Source of the DNA: a virus
Virus record (IMG/VR): IMGVR_UViG_3300000277_000007
Location: 1 to 38,284 of that record
DNA: 38,284 bases
Strand: one strand, 5' to 3'
In this document: piece by piece, positions 34,698 through 38,284 of the stretch
How the letters are laid out: each line of letters starts with the position of its first letter
How positions within the stretch are numbered: position 1 is the first letter of the stretch
The notes under the pieces: generated by a model
Told to the model about the DNA's origin: nothing
The model's database searches: none
The model's input: only the letters and a program-made list of their open reading frames with translations
Program-made: the position numbers and the translations under genes

Positions 34698-35524
34698 ATG
34701 GGCATCAGACAGCAGACGATTGACGATTACGGTGCGTTCGTGGAGAAATTCAAGCCGAAGAAGACCACGGACGACTGCTACACCCCCCCGAAGTATATGA
34801 GGCGATAAAGGACTGGGCATGCCGTGAGTATGGCATCGACCCCAGTAAGGTGGTGCGACCCTTCTATCCGGGCGGCGACTACGAGAGTTTCGACTATTCG
34901 GACGGCAAGGTGGTGGTGGATAATCCGCCGTTCTCGATTCTGTCGAAGATATGCACGTTCTATCGTGACCGTGGTATTCCGTTCTTCCTGTTCGCGCCGA
35001 ACCTCACGATTTTCAGCAGCACGTCGCGCAACGGCGCGCATATGCTGGTCACTGATTGCGCGATCGAATACGCCAACGGCGCCATCGTCAACACCAGCTT
35101 CGTGACGAGTTTCGGCGATGATCTGATTCGCACCGCGCCGGATCTGACGAAGCTGGTCAACGATGCGGTGAAACGAGTCAGGCGCGAAAGCAGGAAACAT
35201 CTGCCGAAGTATGCGTATCCGCCGGAATTGTTGACCGTCACGCGCCTGAACAAGGTCGGCAAGGCTGGCGTGGATTTTCGTGTCAAGGCTTCGGACGTGG
35301 CATTCACGCCTAGGCTCGCTTCGCAGAATGCCGTGAAGAAGGCCATCTTCGGCGGCGGCTATCTGATGAGCGAAGCCAAGGCTGCGGAACTGAAGGCTGC
35401 GGAACTGAAGGCCGCGGAACTAAAGGCCGCAGAACTAAAGGCCGCAGAAGACGTGACAGTCTGGCCTCTCTCCGAAACCGAAAGGCGGATCATCGAAAAC
35501 CTCGCGCAAGAATCGCGCGGTTGA
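34698..35524 (+). CDS. Phage Dam-type N6-adenine DNA methyltransferase, interrupted by a frameshift in a C7 homopolymer (34783-34789): frame 0 from 34698 to 34808, then frame +2 from 34850
   Basis: Joined translation reads ...KTTDDCYTPPEVYEAIKDWACREYGIDPSKVVRPFYPGG ... VVVDNPPFSIL ... AIFGGGY. One extra C restores the frame. Confidence 0.6.
35378..35449 (+). repeat. In-frame 15-bp tandem repeat, about 4.8 copies, (KAAEL)n
   Basis: aaggctgcggaactg x2, aaggccgcggaacta, aaggccgcagaacta, aaggccgcagaa. Confidence 0.8.
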
Positions 35525-35561
35525 ATTCCTGTTGGAATATTTTGCACCCACATGCAACATC

Positions 35562-35608
35562 GCCCCTCTCTCAGCTCTTAAGCTGGGGGAGGGGCTTTTC
35601 GTGTTTTC
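35562..35608 (+). terminator. Terminator GCCCCTCTCTC ... GGGGGAGGGGCTTTTCGTGTTTT (paralogue of 34651)
   Basis: Read directly. Confidence 0.6.
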
Positions 35609-35623
35609 AGGTAGAATCTTCGT

Positions 35624-36325
35624 ATGCTCAGAATCGATGAACGTGAACTCAAGGCGAAACTCAACGAGCATAAAAGCTTGATCGGATGGGGCTCGGTTGG
35701 TGACGGAATCGGCAATCTCGTCGCCGGAGTGTTCTATATATTTACCGTCCGGACGACTTCTGGACTGCGGCAGCCGACACAATGGACTCTTTATGGCCTA
35801 GGCGCTATCATCATTGTTATCGGCGTGGCCGCGTTGTTCTCCAAGAGACTCAGTGCCGCGAAGCTCTACAAGGAAATCGAGACGATGAACAGACGGCCAA
35901 GCTCTCTTATCGCTGTCAGGGATGGCGGGAAACTGTCCAACAGGTATCTAACCTACTATGACGAGCCTTGGGGATGCTGGTTTTTGCCGAATCACAGGTC
36001 GTGCGACTCGTATCCAGAGGACAAGGCCAGAATGTCTGAATACCTTTCCACTGAATTCAAGATACCGGAAGACGATTTCACCCTTGGTTTTCTTGGAACC
36101 ACTACGAGCACGAAATGGTCCACGGCGCATAATGAGGAACGCACTTATGATTACCGGCTGTATATGGCGAAGGTGTCCGTCCTTCCCGCGGATTGGCGGT
36201 TGGATGGCGAGTTCATCGTCGGTTCGAAGCGTTGCCGTTGGATGACTTTGGATGATATGCGGAACGACCCGAAGATTTACGAGATCAACTTCGATGTCAT
36301 TCAGATGCTCGGCGATCGCATCTGA
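35624..36325 (+). CDS. Low-GC accessory protein: N-terminal 2TM plus an about 150-aa C-terminal domain of unknown function
   Basis: TM segments IGNLVAGVFYIFTV and WTLYGLGAIIIVIGVAALF. Composition well below the genome average. Confidence 0.6.
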   Translation: MLRIDERELKAKLNEHKSLIGWGSVGDGIGNLVAGVFYIFTVRTTSGLRQPTQWTLYGLGAIIIVIGVAALFSKRLSAAKLYKEIETMNRRPSSLIAVRDGGKLSNRYLTYYDEPWGCWFLPNHRSCDSYPEDKARMSEYLSTEFKIPEDDFTLGFLGTTTSTKWSTAHNEERTYDYRLYMAKVSVLPADWRLDGEFIVGSKRCRWMTLDDMRNDPKIYEINFDVIQMLGDRI

Positions 36326-36385
36326 TTTGACTGGATGGTTTTAGGGTCTTCGCCTGGAATGTTTTCTGGGTGAAGACCCTTTTCG

Positions 36386-36592
36386 TTACTCTGTTTTGTT
36401 TTTGCGTGGTCTTCCTCCGCCGACGCCGCGTCCTGGGCGGCTGGCGTTCCACCGGTCGATGGTCTCTGGCAGCCAGCCGCGCGTGCGGCCTATTAGGGCG
36501 TCCGGTTGGGGGAGCTTGTAGGCGCTGACGGCGGCTGTGCTGATGCCGAGGCGCTTGGACACATCGGTGACGCTCAGGTATTCGATGGTCAT
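36386..36592 (-). CDS. xis: Excisionase-like HTH (AlpA/Xis family)
   Basis: LSVTDVSKRLGISTAAVSAY; next to the integrase. Confidence 0.6.
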   Translation of the reverse strand: MTIEYLSVTDVSKRLGISTAAVSAYKLPQPDALIGRTRGWLPETIDRWNASRPGRGVGGGRPRKNKTE

Positions 36593-36593
36593 G

Positions 36594-36734
36594 TCAGTCC
36601 TTCCTTCCGGCGATGAGCGCGAAGACGGCGCTGACGATGGCGCATCCGGCGGTGAGCGCGAACGGCCAGCCGAACCATGCGCTGGCGGCGGTTCCGAGCG
36701 CGAACACCGCGCTGACTATCGATTCCGTTCTCAT
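36594..36734 (-). CDS. Small 2TM peptide (46 aa)
   Basis: MRTESIVSAVFALGTAASAWFGWPFALTAGCAIVSAVFALIAGRKD. Ends 1 nt before the xis start. Confidence 0.3.
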   Translation of the reverse strand: MRTESIVSAVFALGTAASAWFGWPFALTAGCAIVSAVFALIAGRKD

Positions 36735-36797
36735 GATGTTCCATGGCATAATCGGAGATGTGGGGTTCCGGCCCCTAGGTCTGGCCGGAACCCTTGC

Positions 36798-36917
36798 TCA
36801 CTTCCTCTTCTTCGGTTTCCGTCTCATCTCTTTGATGAGTCCGGTCACTGCTTTGATGAGGGCCGCGAGGCTCGCGACGAGAAGCGAGATGCTGGTGATT
36901 ATCTCCGATGGTGTCAT
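36798..36917 (-). CDS. Small single-TM peptide (39 aa) with a basic tail
   Basis: Strong RBS GGAAAGGAGGTGAAC. MTPSEIITSISLLVASLAALIKAVTGLIKEMRRKPKKRK. Confidence 0.4.
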   Translation of the reverse strand: MTPSEIITSISLLVASLAALIKAVTGLIKEMRRKPKKRK

Positions 36918-37046
36918 GTTCACCTCCTTTCCTTGATATAAACTATATTAGCGCAGTAAATAAAGTAATGCAAGCCGAAACGCAAAAAACAGAGAAAAAA
37001 ATCAACGGATTGATAGACTTGATGCCACGCAAACGAAGGGGCAAGC

Positions 37047-38216
37047 ATGGCCTACACGATCCGCCAATACCAGACGAAAAGCGGAAAAAGATACGAAGTC
37101 AGATACCGTAAGCCGGACGGCACGGACACCGGCAAACGCGGCTTCAAACGCAAAATGGACGCCGATGCCTGGGGCGCAGCGAACGTGACCACAGCTAAAA
37201 GCGTCGGAGCGTACATCGACCCACAAGCCGGAAGACGCTTGGTCGAAGACTTCTGGGAGCCATGGCTGGCCGCAAAAAAGACCAAGGCCAAACCAAGCTA
37301 CATCAAGTCATTGGAGGATGCTTGGCGCGCGCATGTCATGCCTCAATGGGGAGTACGCGAAGTCCAGTCCATCACAAGGGACGAGGTGCAGCGGTGGGTC
37401 ACCGATCTGGCAGGACGACGCAGTGCGTCAGTGACCATCCGTGCTGAAAACCTCCTGCGCAGTCTCATGGAGAGGGCAAAGGCCGATCGGTGCATCCACG
37501 ACAATCCATGCGACGGCATCGAGCTGCCGCGCAAGCAGGTGCGGAAGCATGTCTATCTGTCGGCCGATGAATTGTCTCGTGTGGCGATGCAGTGCGGGTG
37601 GCGTGAGCCGATCGTGCTGACCTTGGGCCTGTGCGGCATGAGGTGGGGCGAGCTCGTGGCGCTCCGTGTCGAGGATGTCGATCTGCAACGCTGTCGACTG
37701 CATATATATAGGAGCATCACGCGTCTTTCCAGCAGGATGGTGGAGACCGACCCGAAGACCCATGATGGACGCTCGGTGATGTTCCCCCTGGTGTTGCGTC
37801 CGCTGCTCGCCAAGCAATGCGAGGGGCGCGAGCCGTCCGATTTTCTTTTCACCGCTCCCGGCGAGCCTCTGGACGAACCGATGGGCAACGGCTGGAATCC
37901 GACGCGGCACGATGGGTGGTTCGCGGTGGCGCTTCGCCGCGCGGGCGTGGAGCGTGGCCACATGACGATTCACGATCTGCGGCATACCGCCGCTTCGCTC
38001 ATGGTGCAGTCCGGCGCTAATGTCAAGACCGTGCAAAGGCAATTGGGGCACAAGTCCGCCGCCATGACGCTCGACGTGTATGCCGACCTTTTCGACGATG
38101 ATCTGGACGATTTGTCGGAGAGAATGGGCGGTTTGCTCTTTTCGCAGGATGTGGGCAAAATGTGGGCAAAAGCGACGCAAGGCATTGATGGAACCGTTGA
38201 AACGGCAAGTGTCTGA
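37047..38216 (+). CDS. int: Tyrosine integrase
   Basis: LRHTAASLMVQSGANVKTVQRQLGHKSAAMTLDVYADL (R ... HxxR ... Y). Adjacent to att. Confidence 0.9.
   Translation: MAYTIRQYQTKSGKRYEVRYRKPDGTDTGKRGFKRKMDADAWGAANVTTAKSVGAYIDPQAGRRLVEDFWEPWLAAKKTKAKPSYIKSLEDAWRAHVMPQWGVREVQSITRDEVQRWVTDLAGRRSASVTIRAENLLRSLMERAKADRCIHDNPCDGIELPRKQVRKHVYLSADELSRVAMQCGWREPIVLTLGLCGMRWGELVALRVEDVDLQRCRLHIYRSITRLSSRMVETDPKTHDGRSVMFPLVLRPLLAKQCEGREPSDFLFTAPGEPLDEPMGNGWNPTRHDGWFAVALRRAGVERGHMTIHDLRHTAASLMVQSGANVKTVQRQLGHKSAAMTLDVYADLFDDDLDDLSERMGGLLFSQDVGKMWAKATQGIDGTVETASV
38151..38168. promoter_or_regulatory. Candidate integrase arm-type site (second copy), inside the int 3' coding end
   Basis: Identical 18-mer to 111-128. 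Confidence 0.45.
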
Positions 38217-38227
38217 AGCTTTTCTCC

Positions 38228-38253
38228 TGTGGGTTCGAGTCCCGCTGGAGGCA
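38228..38253 (+). other. tRNA 3'-end-like segment (T-arm GTGGG-TTCGAGT-CCCGC plus acceptor strand TGGAGGC-A) abutting the att core; phage-borne attP copy of the target tRNA 3' half
   Basis: Canonical T-loop TTCGAGT flanked by a 5-bp complementary stem and followed by a 7-nt acceptor strand plus discriminator. No matching 5' acceptor strand is found upstream inside the phage. Confidence 0.55.
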
Positions 38254-38284
38254 CTTTTGGAAACCGCCAGAGATGGCGGTTTTC
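38251..38284. repeat. Right copy of 34-bp terminal direct repeat (att core / attR)
   Basis: Identical to 1-34. Immediately preceded by a tRNA 3'-half-like sequence and lies downstream of the integrase. Confidence 0.85.

Noticed and set aside
35378-35449. Considered whether the 15-bp tandem array could be a CRISPR-like array
   Set aside because: Units are contiguous with no spacers, in-frame inside a CDS, and encode a KAAEL heptad-like repeat; no cas genes
36537-37111. Plus-strand ORFs 36537..36941, 36613..36936 and 36908..37111
   Set aside because: No RBS and low-complexity; the minus-strand small TM ORFs with strong RBS and the int start at 37047 explain the region better

Overview
The window is essentially one complete temperate, HK97-like siphovirus-type phage genome (about 38.25 kb unique). 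GC is high (around 60%) and AGGAGG-type ribosome-binding sites are used, so the host is probably a high-GC Gram-positive (Actinobacteria, plausibly Bifidobacterium; this is inference only). The genome is bounded by an identical 34-bp direct repeat (1-34 = 38251-38284), which is either a prophage attL/attR core or a circular-contig overlap. A tRNA 3'-end-like segment (T-arm plus acceptor strand) abuts the right-hand core, downstream of a tyrosine integrase. Gene order, left to right: (1) left accessory region: an unknown 166-aa protein on the minus strand, a roughly 30% GC AT-rich island with direct repeats, a membrane-anchored DEDDh 3'-5' exonuclease, and a lipoprotein. (2) Lysogeny switch: ImmA/IrrE metallopeptidase and XRE repressor read leftward, a Cro-like HTH read rightward, and nested palindromic operators between them. 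(3) Early region: Bro-N/KilA-C antirepressor, YqaJ exonuclease/RecT/SSB recombination module, RusA, an HNH endonuclease, and a replication-type protein with an embedded iteron plus AT-rich palindrome (ori-like), along with many small ATGA-coupled ORFs. (4) A 160-nt tRNA-like element with a perfect acceptor stem, D-arm, T-arm and CCA but no recognisable anticodon arm. (5) HNH endonuclease, TerS, TerL, portal, prohead protease and HK97 major capsid protein. (6) Head-tail genes, then a major tail protein with a -1 frameshift Ig-like (Big_2) extension at CCCAAAA, a strong terminator, G/GT chaperones with -1 frameshift at GGGAAAA, tape measure, Dit, Tal, and fibre genes including collagen-like proteins and a CBM-like tip. 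(7) Lysis: CHAP/NlpC-P60 plus PG-binding endolysin and a holin, preceded by two duplicated cassettes of a tiny TM peptide (conserved FNH[GS]AH tail) followed by near-identical terminators. (8) Right accessory region: a phage Dam-type N6-adenine methyltransferase split by a C7 homopolymer (possible phase variation) and carrying an in-frame 15-bp (KAAEL)n tandem repeat, bounded by a duplicated roughly 70-bp junction module; a low-GC 2TM protein; small TM peptides; and an Xis-like HTH. (9) Integrase. The long antisense ORFs in the track are high-GC artefacts.
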